A DNA stretch of 64,000 nt. It comes from Poseidonia sp. GTDB lineage: Archaea; Thermoplasmatota; Poseidoniia; Poseidoniales; Poseidoniaceae. The translations under genes were made by a program, and so were the position numbers. Below are positions 8,622 through 17,086 of this stretch, one piece after another (position 1 is the stretch's first letter; every line of letters starts with the position of its first letter). Where the stretch lies: contig JADHPT010000002.1 of the NCBI GenBank assembly GCA_016778305.1, positions 94,610 to 158,609 on the forward strand, read 5' to 3'. The notes below the pieces were generated by a model, which saw only the letters and a list, made by a program, of their open reading frames with translations, was not told where the DNA came from and did not search any database.

Positions 8622-9791
8622 TCACTTCAGTGCGCGGGCAATCACGATGCGTTGTACTTCCTGAGTTCCTTCATAGATTTGCGTGATCTTTGCATCTCTG
8701 AAGAAACGTTCAACTGGGAACTCCTTGGTGTAGCCGTAGCCCCCAAGAACTTGGATCGCACGTTCGGAAACCCACATTGCGGTATCGCCAGCAAATAATT
8801 TGGCCATGCTCGCCTCTCGTGAATGTCTTGGACCGTCGGCATGGTAGTGCTGTTCTTTGGTCCATGCTGACTTGTACACCATCATACGAGCGGCATCGAT
8901 TTGAGTTGCCATGTCGGCCAAATAAGCCATGATCATTTGGTGGTAGGCAATTGGCTTACCGAATGCCTCTCGCTCGTGAGCGTATTTCAAAGCAGATTCG
9001 TACGCACCTTGAGCAATACCCAAAGCCTGGGCTGCAATGCCAATCCGACTGTTATCGAGAGCATTCATGGCGATGGGAAAGCCGTTGCCTACCCCTTTGA
9101 TGACGTTCTCAACCGGGACTTTGCAGTCATTGAGGATAAGCGTACAGGTATCGGATGAGCGGATACCAAGTTTATCCTCTTTCTTACCCACTGAATATCC
9201 TTCAAAATCCGCATCCACGATGAAAGCAGTGGTGCCACCATGCTTCTTGACACCGTAATCAGGGTGATCGACGTCTTTCGCAAAAAGAACGAGGAGACGG
9301 GCTTGGGCTCCGTTGGTAACCCACATCTTTTCTCCGTTCAGGATGTAATGTGAACCGTCATCGGAGAGCTTGGCCTTGCATGTCATGGCAGCCGCATCTG
9401 TACCAGCACCTGCTTCTGAAAGTGAGTAAGCGCCTACTTCGCCTGCTGCAAGCCTTGTGAGGTATGTTTCTTTTTGATATTCGTCGCCGTGAAGCGCAAT
9501 GGTCATTGAACACAATCCAACATGGACGCAATACATCACTGCGAAAGAAGGATCCACGCGGGCAAGTTCTTCGATGATGATGGCTTCGGAGATATCGTCA
9601 ATCGGGGAGCCCCCGTAGGCTTCTGGGATGGTGATGCCGTGGAGCCCAAAGTCAAGGAAGGCCTGCCATTCTTCACTGGGGGGAATTTGGTTTTGATCAC
9701 GATGTTCAACCGTTGGAGCTAGGACCGTTTCTGCGAAGTCGCGAACCATCCCTCGAATCATTTCTTGCTCGTCGGTTTCACCAAAATTCAC
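8622..9791 (-). CDS. acyl-CoA dehydrogenase (short/medium-chain type)
   Basis: GTG 9791 gives MNFGETDEQEMIRGMVRDF, a typical ACAD N-terminus. C-terminal ITQIYEGTQEVQRIVIARAL carries the catalytic-Glu YEGTxExQ motif. The protein is full length at 389 aa. Confidence 0.9.
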   Translation of the reverse strand: MNFGETDEQEMIRGMVRDFAETVLAPTVEHRDQNQIPPSEEWQAFLDFGLHGITIPEAYGGSPIDDISEAIIIEELARVDPSFAVMYCVHVGLCSMTIALHGDEYQKETYLTRLAAGEVGAYSLSEAGAGTDAAAMTCKAKLSDDGSHYILNGEKMWVTNGAQARLLVLFAKDVDHPDYGVKKHGGTTAFIVDADFEGYSVGKKEDKLGIRSSDTCTLILNDCKVPVENVIKGVGNGFPIAMNALDNSRIGIAAQALGIAQGAYESALKYAHEREAFGKPIAYHQMIMAYLADMATQIDAARMMVYKSAWTKEQHYHADGPRHSREASMAKLFAGDTAMWVSERAIQVLGGYGYTKEFPVERFFRDAKITQIYEGTQEVQRIVIARALK

Positions 9792-9902
9792 TCGCTCACC
9801 GTACCTCCCACATAGCCGAGTTTCTTAACCCGTTTGTTTTATTTTAGAAACACTCCATTCCTCAACTTCATATACCACGTGAGAAAGGCGCGAGTAGGAG
9901 AG

Positions 9903-10334
9903 ATGAAGATGGACGACGAAATCATCGAATTCGTTATCGCTCAAGACCGCAAATATTCCATGGAACATTTGTGGTTTCAGCAGAAAGAACAGCGACTCAT
10001 GATAGGGGTTAGCGAATTTTTAAGGGTCGAAATTGGCGACATCCTTCGTGTTATTTTACCCCAGGCTGATACCGAGGTTGACGAAGGCGGCAGCTTGTTC
10101 TCATTGTGGACGGCTGACGAAAAAATTGAATTAACATCTCCTTTCTCAGGCGTCATTTCAGATGTCAACGGAGAAGTCGAGATCAACCCCGACTTGGTCA
10201 ACGACTCTGCATACAACGACGGATGGGTCATCCTTCTTGCCCCTCACGAATTGGAAATGAATCCAGACGACAAACAATTTCTTGAGAATCTTCTCGACCA
10301 CAACGAATACGTGGAATATCTTGCCGAACTCTGA
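9903..10334 (+). CDS. glycine-cleavage H-protein-like protein lacking the canonical lipoyl-lysine
   Basis: EHLWF...IGVSEFLRVEIGDILRVILP...SPFSGVISDVNGEV..NPDLVNDSAYNDGWVILL is colinear with GcvH. ATG 9903 is preceded by GTAGGAGAG; the ORF-track start 9834 is TTG. The ESVK lipoylation motif is replaced by WTAD (see findings). Confidence 0.75.
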   Translation: MKMDDEIIEFVIAQDRKYSMEHLWFQQKEQRLMIGVSEFLRVEIGDILRVILPQADTEVDEGGSLFSLWTADEKIELTSPFSGVISDVNGEVEINPDLVNDSAYNDGWVILLAPHELEMNPDDKQFLENLLDHNEYVEYLAEL

Positions 10335-10360
10335 ATTGAAACATTGATCCATGTGACGGG

Positions 10361-10371
10361 TTTCTTTTTCT
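10361..10371 (+). terminator. oligo-T tract (TTTCTTTTTCT), candidate archaeal-type terminator downstream of the gcvH-like gene
   Basis: A T-rich run lies 27 nt after the stop at 10334. Archaeal RNAP terminates at oligo-T. Support is positional only. Confidence 0.25.
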
Positions 10372-10469
10372 GAGCAGGGACAGAATCTTCCGTAACAAAG
10401 AACACTTCGCTCACCAAGAGTGATGAATGTTTCCTCAAGGCTGATTAACAACGGCGCTTTGCTTTGAAC

Positions 10470-11045
10470 ATGACCGATGCGATGAAGGAATTACGCAAGA
10501 GCCTCGAAGCAGCTCCGGTTATTTGGAAAGGTGATTATCCGTATTTCATCCATCCGGTAACGGATGGTGTTCCAAGGATGAATCCAGACGTCCTCGGGGC
10601 CATCACCGAACTGGTATCGCAACGAGTGGATTGGTCCGGAGTTGATTTGCTCCTTGGCATCGAGGCCATGGGGCTTCCCTTGACTGCGCCTTTGAGTATG
10701 GCCACAAGGATTCCACTTGCCATCGCTCGAAAGCGGGAGTACGGTCTCGAGGGTGAAGTGAAAATTGACCAATCCACTGGCTATTCTAGGGGGACCATGT
10801 ACCTCAACGACATCAACGAAGGCGAACGAATCGCCATTCTTGACGATGTGCTGTCCACCGGTGGAACACTTGAAGCGGTGATCGAAGGTGTTCGGCGAGC
10901 GAAAGCGGAGGTGACCGAAGTGATTGTTGTTGTTGAAAAAGGACCTGGTTTGAAGCGACTTCAATCCCTGTACCCCAAAATCAGGATACAGTCCCTCGTT
11001 CGTTTGGAGATGGACGGTGCTAAAGTGGTCCTTCTTGACGATTGA
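10470..11045 (+). CDS. hpt: archaeal-type hypoxanthine/guanine (purine) phosphoribosyltransferase
   Basis: LRKSLEAAPVIWKGDYPYFIHPVTDGVPRMNPDVL matches the N-terminus of the archaeal Hpt family. IAILDDVLSTGGTLEAV is the PRPP-binding motif. ATG at 10470; the ORF-track start 10464 is TTG. Confidence 0.8.
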   Translation: MTDAMKELRKSLEAAPVIWKGDYPYFIHPVTDGVPRMNPDVLGAITELVSQRVDWSGVDLLLGIEAMGLPLTAPLSMATRIPLAIARKREYGLEGEVKIDQSTGYSRGTMYLNDINEGERIAILDDVLSTGGTLEAVIEGVRRAKAEVTEVIVVVEKGPGLKRLQSLYPKIRIQSLVRLEMDGAKVVLLDD

Positions 11046-11089
11046 TGCTCCAACGGTTGCATTGATGAGGGAGTGGCGTCGCCCCTGTC

Positions 11090-12214
11090 ATGGGGAAGCA
11101 CATGGATTTGGACCGTCACGACTTTGAACTCGACGAGTTGATGGAGCGCATACGAGCGAATGACAACCGACTCATAGCACTCCAAGTTCCTGAAGGATTG
11201 AAAATGCAAGCCTTGGAGATGATGGACACGATTGAGACTGAAACCAGTGCTCAAGTTGTCCTAGCCGCAGATCCTTGCTATGGTGCCTGCGATCTCGTTC
11301 ACGACAAGATGCAACTCATGGGCGTGGAAATGGTTGCGCACATGGGTCACTCACAAATGAACATTGATTCAGGCATGCCCACACAATTCATCAATGTCAC
11401 CTACAAAGGAGACCCCGAACTTAAGCCGGTCATCCCTTGGCTTGAACAGCACCGGGCCATGGCTCAACAACGCCTTGCTCAACAAAACGCCCCTGACTCC
11501 ACGATGAGTGAAGAAGAAGCACAGGAGCGATTCATGGACGCTGTAGGACGTATGGCACCGCTCACCGATACCAGACTTGGCTTGGTCGGCTCCATCCAGC
11601 ACCTTCACTTGCTTCCTGAATTCCATGACCGTTTGGAAAAGGCTGGCTATGATGTTACCATCCCTATTGGAGGCGCTCGCTTGTCCTTCCCCGGCCAAGT
11701 GTTGGGATGCAATTACTCGGGTGATGACCCGACCATCGGCCACTACCTCTTCCTCGGAAGCGGTGATTTCCATCCAATCGGACTTGTCCTCCACACGGGC
11801 AAGCCTTTGGCCATGCTGGACCCTTATACTGGAGACGCTGAAGAGATGTCGCTTGAGCGAATCGAACGTATCCTCCGTCAACGCTTTGGACTCATCATGA
11901 GCGTTCAAGATGCGAATTCATTTGGAATTCTCATCGGAGAAAAACCCGGCCAAATGCGCAGAACACTGGCCTTGCGAATGAAGCGAATGTTAGCTCAACA
12001 CGGAAAGAAAGGCTACTTGCTGGCACTTGAGCACGTTGGACCCGAACTTATTGACTTCTATCCAGTGGACGCTTTCGTAAACACTGCTTGCCCTCGCATT
12101 GCTATTGACGACGCCGTCAAGTATCGCAAACCTCTCATCACACCTTTTGAACTCGAAGTCGCCTTGGGTGAGAAGAAATGGGAATTGGGCTACCAATTTG
12201 ACGAAATTCCTTGA
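11090..12214 (+). CDS. dph2: diphthamide biosynthesis protein Dph2 (2-(3-amino-3-carboxypropyl)histidine synthase)
   Basis: LIALQVPEGLKMQALEMMDTIE, then three Cys-bearing segments (AADPCYGACD, VLGCNYSG, VNTACPRIAIDD), fit the three-domain Dph1/Dph2 layout. Confidence 0.85.
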   Translation: MGKHMDLDRHDFELDELMERIRANDNRLIALQVPEGLKMQALEMMDTIETETSAQVVLAADPCYGACDLVHDKMQLMGVEMVAHMGHSQMNIDSGMPTQFINVTYKGDPELKPVIPWLEQHRAMAQQRLAQQNAPDSTMSEEEAQERFMDAVGRMAPLTDTRLGLVGSIQHLHLLPEFHDRLEKAGYDVTIPIGGARLSFPGQVLGCNYSGDDPTIGHYLFLGSGDFHPIGLVLHTGKPLAMLDPYTGDAEEMSLERIERILRQRFGLIMSVQDANSFGILIGEKPGQMRRTLALRMKRMLAQHGKKGYLLALEHVGPELIDFYPVDAFVNTACPRIAIDDAVKYRKPLITPFELEVALGEKKWELGYQFDEIP

Positions 12215-12304
12215 TTTGGAACCGACCCAACAAAAGAAATCAGGCGTTTCATCGCTAATGTGAACCACATCTTTTAGAACGGTTGACATCAGGATTCTCA
12301 TGAT

Positions 12305-13507
12305 ATGGCAGACTATCTTGACCGCATTGGAGCGGGGTTCATCATCGCTCATCCAGAGTTTTTGGATTACGATCATGTCCCTGAAGAGCTGGTAGGTCGA
12401 GAAGACATCCAATCCCAACTGGCTTCAAAATTCTCTGCTCTGGCCTCCCCACAGGGGGCTGCCCGAGCCGTGATCACAGGCCCGGTTGGGAGCGGAAAAA
12501 CCGTTCTCGCCAAAACATTCTGTCGTGACCTTCAGCGCCACCTGTCTGGAAAACGGGAACTCAAAGTAGCGCATATCAATTGTCGAAATGCATCAACAAG
12601 CATGCGTGTCGCCCAACGAATCCTTCACCAATTCGATCCTGGGCACCCAGATCGTGGACTTTCAATGGGCGAACTCCTCCTCAGTTTGCGAAAAATGCTA
12701 CGAAGAACATCGACGCATCTGATCATCGTCCTTGACGAAGTGGACCACATGTTGCGCCGGTCTGGCGATGAATTGCTCTATCAATTGCTCCGTATCGATG
12801 AGGATCAAGAGGGGACTGGGAGTATATCCGTCATCCTCATCAGCCAAGAACAAGTGTTGGACGTGCTTGAAACTGCAGTTCTTTCAAAATTTGGCCAATC
12901 CAACCATCTTCGCGTTCCTTCCTACGATGTCAACGGCCTTGAGGCCATCATCCGTCAACGTGCGAAGACTGCACTGGTACCGGGTACATGGACCGACGGC
13001 ATGCTCCGACTGTTGGCAGAAAAAGCCGCGCCGAGTGGAGATGCTCGACGCGGTATTGAATTCCTCGCCAGTGCTGCTGAACGTTGTGAATTCCGTCAAG
13101 ACGAGCACAGCATGAGGGAGATTAGCATTGATGACATCAACGCTCTGAACGATACACTCGCTGTTGACACCAGTTCAAAACTCGAGATTGTCGACGACCT
13201 CTCTGGTCAGGAAATGCTGGCACTCCTAGCGATGTGTCGACGGCTCAAGACAGAGGAATCCATGACGATGGGTGACGTGGAGAAACTGTACACCGTCGTT
13301 TGTGAGGAGTATGAACAACGACCAAAAAGCCACACAACGCTTTGGAAATATATCAAAGCGATTGAGTTGCAAGGCGTCATTGAATCACGCGTGGCGACCG
13401 TCCCCGGAGGTCGTGGCCGTACAACGCACATGAGCATGCCACATTTCCTCCCCGCAGACCTTGCAAGTCGCCTTGAGTTGCTTCTTCCAAAGCGATTACG
13501 CCGCTGA
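12305..13507 (+). CDS. orc1: Orc1/Cdc6 replication initiator
   Basis: YDHVPEELVGREDIQSQL, Walker A GPVGSGKT, Walker B LIIVLDEVDHM, and a C-terminal winged helix (LWKYIKAIELQGVIESRV...GRGRTT). Confidence 0.9.
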   Translation: MADYLDRIGAGFIIAHPEFLDYDHVPEELVGREDIQSQLASKFSALASPQGAARAVITGPVGSGKTVLAKTFCRDLQRHLSGKRELKVAHINCRNASTSMRVAQRILHQFDPGHPDRGLSMGELLLSLRKMLRRTSTHLIIVLDEVDHMLRRSGDELLYQLLRIDEDQEGTGSISVILISQEQVLDVLETAVLSKFGQSNHLRVPSYDVNGLEAIIRQRAKTALVPGTWTDGMLRLLAEKAAPSGDARRGIEFLASAAERCEFRQDEHSMREISIDDINALNDTLAVDTSSKLEIVDDLSGQEMLALLAMCRRLKTEESMTMGDVEKLYTVVCEEYEQRPKSHTTLWKYIKAIELQGVIESRVATVPGGRGRTTHMSMPHFLPADLASRLELLLPKRLRR

Positions 13508-13577
13508 AGAAATACTCACAGCAGACGATGGGGCTAAATACGGGTCGTGAGTCGGAGAAATCCCGAGAGGTGCTACT

Positions 13578-14066
13578 ATGGCTGGTAACGATGCTGAATT
13601 TATTGCAGTGGTCAACGATACAGACCCGAAGAACGGCGGAAAGTCCTACGCTTTGAAAATCACAGGAAACAACCACGCTCAGATTTTGGGCAAGCGCATT
13701 GGCGATGTTGTTGACGGAATTTTCGTGGGCGAGGGCGACAAAACCCTTTCAGGATACAAGTTGGAAATTACTGGCGGGTCCGATAAAACTGGAACGCCAC
13801 TTCGTCGCGACCTTGACGGAGGCTCACGCCAATCCATTCTCGTCACCCAGTCTACGGGTTACAAGGGTCAAGTGGTCGTCCACAAGAAAAAGGGCGGCGA
13901 CAAGAAGCGATTCCGCTACAAGCCAGATGGTCTTCGTCGACGACGAAACTTCCGTGGCAACACCATTACCCAAGACACACGACAGATCAACCTGAAAGTT
14001 GTTGAGTCCGGTAAGAAAACCCTCAACGCCATCCTCGCTGCAGAAGCAGAGGCAGCATCGGAGTGA
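13578..14066 (+). CDS. rps6e: 30S ribosomal protein S6e
   Basis: KITGNNHAQILGKRIGDVVDG...LSGYKLEITGGSDKTGTPLRRDLDG is the S6e signature. GAGAGG lies upstream of the ATG. Confidence 0.9.
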   Translation: MAGNDAEFIAVVNDTDPKNGGKSYALKITGNNHAQILGKRIGDVVDGIFVGEGDKTLSGYKLEITGGSDKTGTPLRRDLDGGSRQSILVTQSTGYKGQVVVHKKKGGDKKRFRYKPDGLRRRRNFRGNTITQDTRQINLKVVESGKKTLNAILAAEAEAASE

Positions 14067-14105
14067 ACCCGAGAGGGCCTTCGTAGAACATAAGGAGTGG
14101 GGAGC

Positions 14106-15344
14106 ATGGCACGAGAGCTTCCCGCACAACCCGAAGTCAACATTGGCCTTGTAGGTCACGTTGACCACGGTAAAACCACTCTTACTCAAGCGCTTTCAGG
14201 CGTTTGGACCGATACCCATTCTGAAGAGCGTAAACGTGGTATTTCCATCAAACTTGGATATGCTGACACAGCATTCTACAAAGACGATAACGGGCAGTAT
14301 TATGCTACTGGAAAACGCCCTGACGGAGGCGAAGACATTCCCAAAGAATTGCAACGTGTTGTTTCATTCGTTGATGCTCCAGGACACGAGACCTTGATGG
14401 CCATCATGATAACTGGGGCTTCGATCATGGACGGCGCCATGCTGATGGTTGCTGCCAATGAGACGTGCCCGCAGCCCCAAACACGTGAACATTTGATGGC
14501 TCTTGAAATGGCCAACATCGAGAACATTGTTATCGTCCAAAACAAAATTGACCTCGTCACACGTGAGCGAGCCATTGAATCTCATAACGAAATTAAGGAA
14601 TTCCTCAAAGGCACCATTGCCGAAAACGCTCCAGTCATTCCAGTCTCAGCACATCACGACGTCAACCTTGACATTTTAATTCAAGCCATTGAGGCCACCA
14701 TCCCAACACCTGACCGATCTGCCGATAAGCGCTCCATCATGCATGTCGCACGCTCATTTGACATCAACCGACCAGGTACTCGCCCCGCCAAACTGAAAGG
14801 GGGCGTCATCGGCGGTAGCATCGTTGAAGGTGAATTCAAAGAAGGTGACGAAGTCATCATTGGGCCTGGACGAAAGATTGAGAAAGGAAATAAATCAACT
14901 TGGGAGCCTATTCATGCCGTTGTAAGCAGCATGCAGGGAGGTGGACGTAATCTTGACACTATGCATGCAGGTGGTTTGTGCGGCATGGCCACCTACCTTG
15001 ACCCGTCCATTACCACCTCGGACAATCTCTCAGGGCAAGTCGTCGCACGCAAGGGGCAACTTCCTGAGGTTCACTCCTCGGTTAGCATCAGTGTCAATTT
15101 GATGTCGCACATGGTATCGGGTGATGGAGAAGCACCTGAGAAAATACAGCCTCTACGCAATAACGAGATGCTGATGCTCAACGTCGCTACCGCAACTTCT
15201 GTTGGCGTCACACGAAGCGCTGAGAAGAAGCGTACAAATTTGGACCTACGATTGCCCATCTGCGCCGATAAAGGGCAACGTATCTCACTCTCACGACGCA
15301 TTGGTTCACGCTGGCGACTCATCGGCTACGGAACCATTGAGTGA
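14106..15344 (+). CDS. eif2g: translation initiation factor aIF2 gamma subunit
   Basis: GTPase motifs G1 GHVDHGKTT, G3 DAPGHE and G4 QNKIDL. ATG 14106 is preceded by AAGGAG (14092-14097); the ORF-track start 14097 is GTG. Confidence 0.95.
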   Translation: MARELPAQPEVNIGLVGHVDHGKTTLTQALSGVWTDTHSEERKRGISIKLGYADTAFYKDDNGQYYATGKRPDGGEDIPKELQRVVSFVDAPGHETLMAIMITGASIMDGAMLMVAANETCPQPQTREHLMALEMANIENIVIVQNKIDLVTRERAIESHNEIKEFLKGTIAENAPVIPVSAHHDVNLDILIQAIEATIPTPDRSADKRSIMHVARSFDINRPGTRPAKLKGGVIGGSIVEGEFKEGDEVIIGPGRKIEKGNKSTWEPIHAVVSSMQGGGRNLDTMHAGGLCGMATYLDPSITTSDNLSGQVVARKGQLPEVHSSVSISVNLMSHMVSGDGEAPEKIQPLRNNEMLMLNVATATSVGVTRSAEKKRTNLDLRLPICADKGQRISLSRRIGSRWRLIGYGTIE

Positions 15345-15354
15345 GGCAAGAGGC

Positions 15355-15732
15355 ATGCAGGCAGTTCTCATCGACGCATGTGGATGGGCTGCATGCATTG
15401 ATGCCAAATTGAACATTCAACATGAGATGGAGTCCTTGCTTGGGCCCTGCGAATGGTTGCTGATTCCAAAGGTACTCGAGGAACTCATTGACCTCGAAGA
15501 TCAACGCCCTACGGGAAAAGGATTGCTTCTCGACCTACTTCGAACGAAGTCAACCCTCATCGGTGCTGAGCATATCGGCCATACCGACGACCTTCTTGTG
15601 AAATTCGCCAAAGAACATCAAGCTGCAACACTTACGGTAGATACCGAACTGAAGCGCCGCCTCTTTGAGGGGAATCTTCGTGTCCTTGAGGTCAAGCAGG
15701 GCAAGTATCTCCACCTCGTAGATTTGCTATAG
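15355..15732 (+). CDS. PIN-domain protein (Fcf1/COG1412-like) downstream of aIF2-gamma
   Basis: MQAVLIDACGWAAC...IPKVLEELIDLE...HTDDLLVKFAKEHQAATLTVDTELKRRL has the acidic PIN pattern (D near the N-terminus, E and D later). The position immediately after eif2g is a conserved archaeal arrangement. The part of ORF 15202.. upstream of ATG 15355 overlaps eif2g. Confidence 0.7.
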   Translation: MQAVLIDACGWAACIDAKLNIQHEMESLLGPCEWLLIPKVLEELIDLEDQRPTGKGLLLDLLRTKSTLIGAEHIGHTDDLLVKFAKEHQAATLTVDTELKRRLFEGNLRVLEVKQGKYLHLVDLL

Positions 15733-15737
15733 AAGCA

Positions 15738-16037
15738 TCAAGGCAACGTAAAGAGAACGTCGTCACCGTGGCCGTCAAGCCATCCGATTTTCACACCAGC
15801 ATCGATCCAAGCATGTGCGTAGTTGATGGCCCCGAAAGCACGAACGAGATCCCCTTTTTTGGCAAAGTGTTGAGCATCTGAAGCATAATCATCGGCCATC
15901 CGCAACATCACCGCTAATTGTTGACCCTCGGCAGAAGAGGGTTCAACGAGTGGCGTCGCCTTACTACGCGCCCGATTGGTGATGTCAAGATACTTCTCGA
16001 TGCGCTCAAGAGTCACGTGATCCATTGATTCACTCAT
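15738..16037 (-). CDS. DUF357-like small archaeal protein
   Basis: ADDYASDAQHFAKKGDLVRAFGAINYAHAWIDAGVKIGWL resembles the DUF357 core as I remember it. The start overlaps the upstream stop (ATGA at 16034-16037). Confidence 0.6.
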   Translation of the reverse strand: MSESMDHVTLERIEKYLDITNRARSKATPLVEPSSAEGQQLAVMLRMADDYASDAQHFAKKGDLVRAFGAINYAHAWIDAGVKIGWLDGHGDDVLFTLP

Positions 16038-17086
16038 TCCCCGCCCTCCTTTTGCCGTTTCAAGAGACGGCGGGCATCCTCACTCCTTCCAAGCGCTTCA
16101 TACAATTCAATGGCCAGGGATAATTTCCCAAGGTCTTCGGCTTCTTGGGCACGTAGGAACATTTGACGTCGCTCGTCCCAATTCCTTGCCATAGCTGCTT
16201 CTGCAACCGCTTTGTATCGCCCTTCACGCTCTGCCTCTGCGAGGTGAGGAGCGGTCCAGCGACGAATCAAGCCATCGCGTGTACCTGTTGCCATAGCGTC
16301 AGGAGTACACAAAACTAAGAGATCACCGAGGTTCATGCTCTGAGTTAAGGGTAATGGCACTTCATCCTCTGATTGAATCGTACTCATCGGATGAAGATGG
16401 CCTTCGATACCCAGCACCCACCAGCCATCACCTGTTCGAACGGCGTCCATCGGTTCAAGAGATGTGGTTTCCAACCGTTCAAGATGGTCCCAACCGAAGG
16501 GGTGAGGAACGCCTTCCCACAAGCCACCGTCACCGCTCTGCAACAGCAGACGGCCGTCTTTGAGTTGAGAACACCAACTCCATGAGCGATCTTCCAACTT
16601 GCGCTTCTTATCGTCACCGGTAATTCTACCGCACCAGAGGGCACCACTGGTGTCCTGCCATAGAAGGTGCTCTCTGTCAAGCCATCCCACCAAACGACGA
16701 ATCGGGCCCGTCTCAACACGTCGGATACCACGTCCTTCTTGGGAAAAGAGATGCAATTGCCCACGCCGACCAGCAAGTATCCAACCCCCACCAGGACGGT
16801 GGGCGAGGTCACTGAATCCACCAGGTGCGCTTCTTCCTTCGTGTATCATAGCGCCCGTCGAGCTGTTCATCAGATAGAAACCATGTGCAGCAAGCAGTCC
16901 AATCGTGCCTCCGGAGGCTGCTGCTGCATGCACTTTGAATGGTACTTCAATTCGCCATCGAAGACTCCCATCCGCTTCGAGAAGCGTCAAATTCAATCCT
17001 GCGCTTACCAATACACCACCTTCAGCAGCAGCCATGGCGGCAATTCTCGCTTCAGCCTGCCACGACCAAGCCACATTCCACGGCAT
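16034..17086 (-). CDS. hypothetical protein, beta-propeller-like repeats plus helical C-terminal tail
   Basis: Recurrent G/W-rich beta-strand units occur (GGVLVSAG..LTLLEADGSLRW, GGWILAGRRGQLHLF, LLWQDTSGALWCG, LLLQSGDGGLWEG, GDGWWVLGIEGHL, ATGTRDGLIRRW). The C-terminus is helical and charged. The start overlaps the upstream stop by 1 nt (TGATG at 17084-17088). Confidence 0.55.
   Translation of the reverse strand: MPWNVAWSWQAEARIAAMAAAEGGVLVSAGLNLTLLEADGSLRWRIEVPFKVHAAAASGGTIGLLAAHGFYLMNSSTGAMIHEGRSAPGGFSDLAHRPGGGWILAGRRGQLHLFSQEGRGIRRVETGPIRRLVGWLDREHLLWQDTSGALWCGRITGDDKKRKLEDRSWSWCSQLKDGRLLLQSGDGGLWEGVPHPFGWDHLERLETTSLEPMDAVRTGDGWWVLGIEGHLHPMSTIQSEDEVPLPLTQSMNLGDLLVLCTPDAMATGTRDGLIRRWTAPHLAEAEREGRYKAVAEAAMARNWDERRQMFLRAQEAEDLGKLSLAIELYEALGRSEDARRLLKRQKEGGE

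Noticed and set aside
12215-13577. A replication origin (ORB/mini-ORB repeats, AT-rich DUE) flanking orc1/cdc6.
   Set aside because: The flanking spacers are only 90 nt and 70 nt. I found no repeated dyad or G-string elements in them, so no origin is supported from sequence here.
15202-15354. The long form of the PIN-domain ORF starting at 15202.
   Set aside because: The first 51 codons overlap the 3' end of eif2g in another frame. The PIN domain begins with the conserved acidic N-terminus right at ATG 15355, 8 nt after the eif2g stop.
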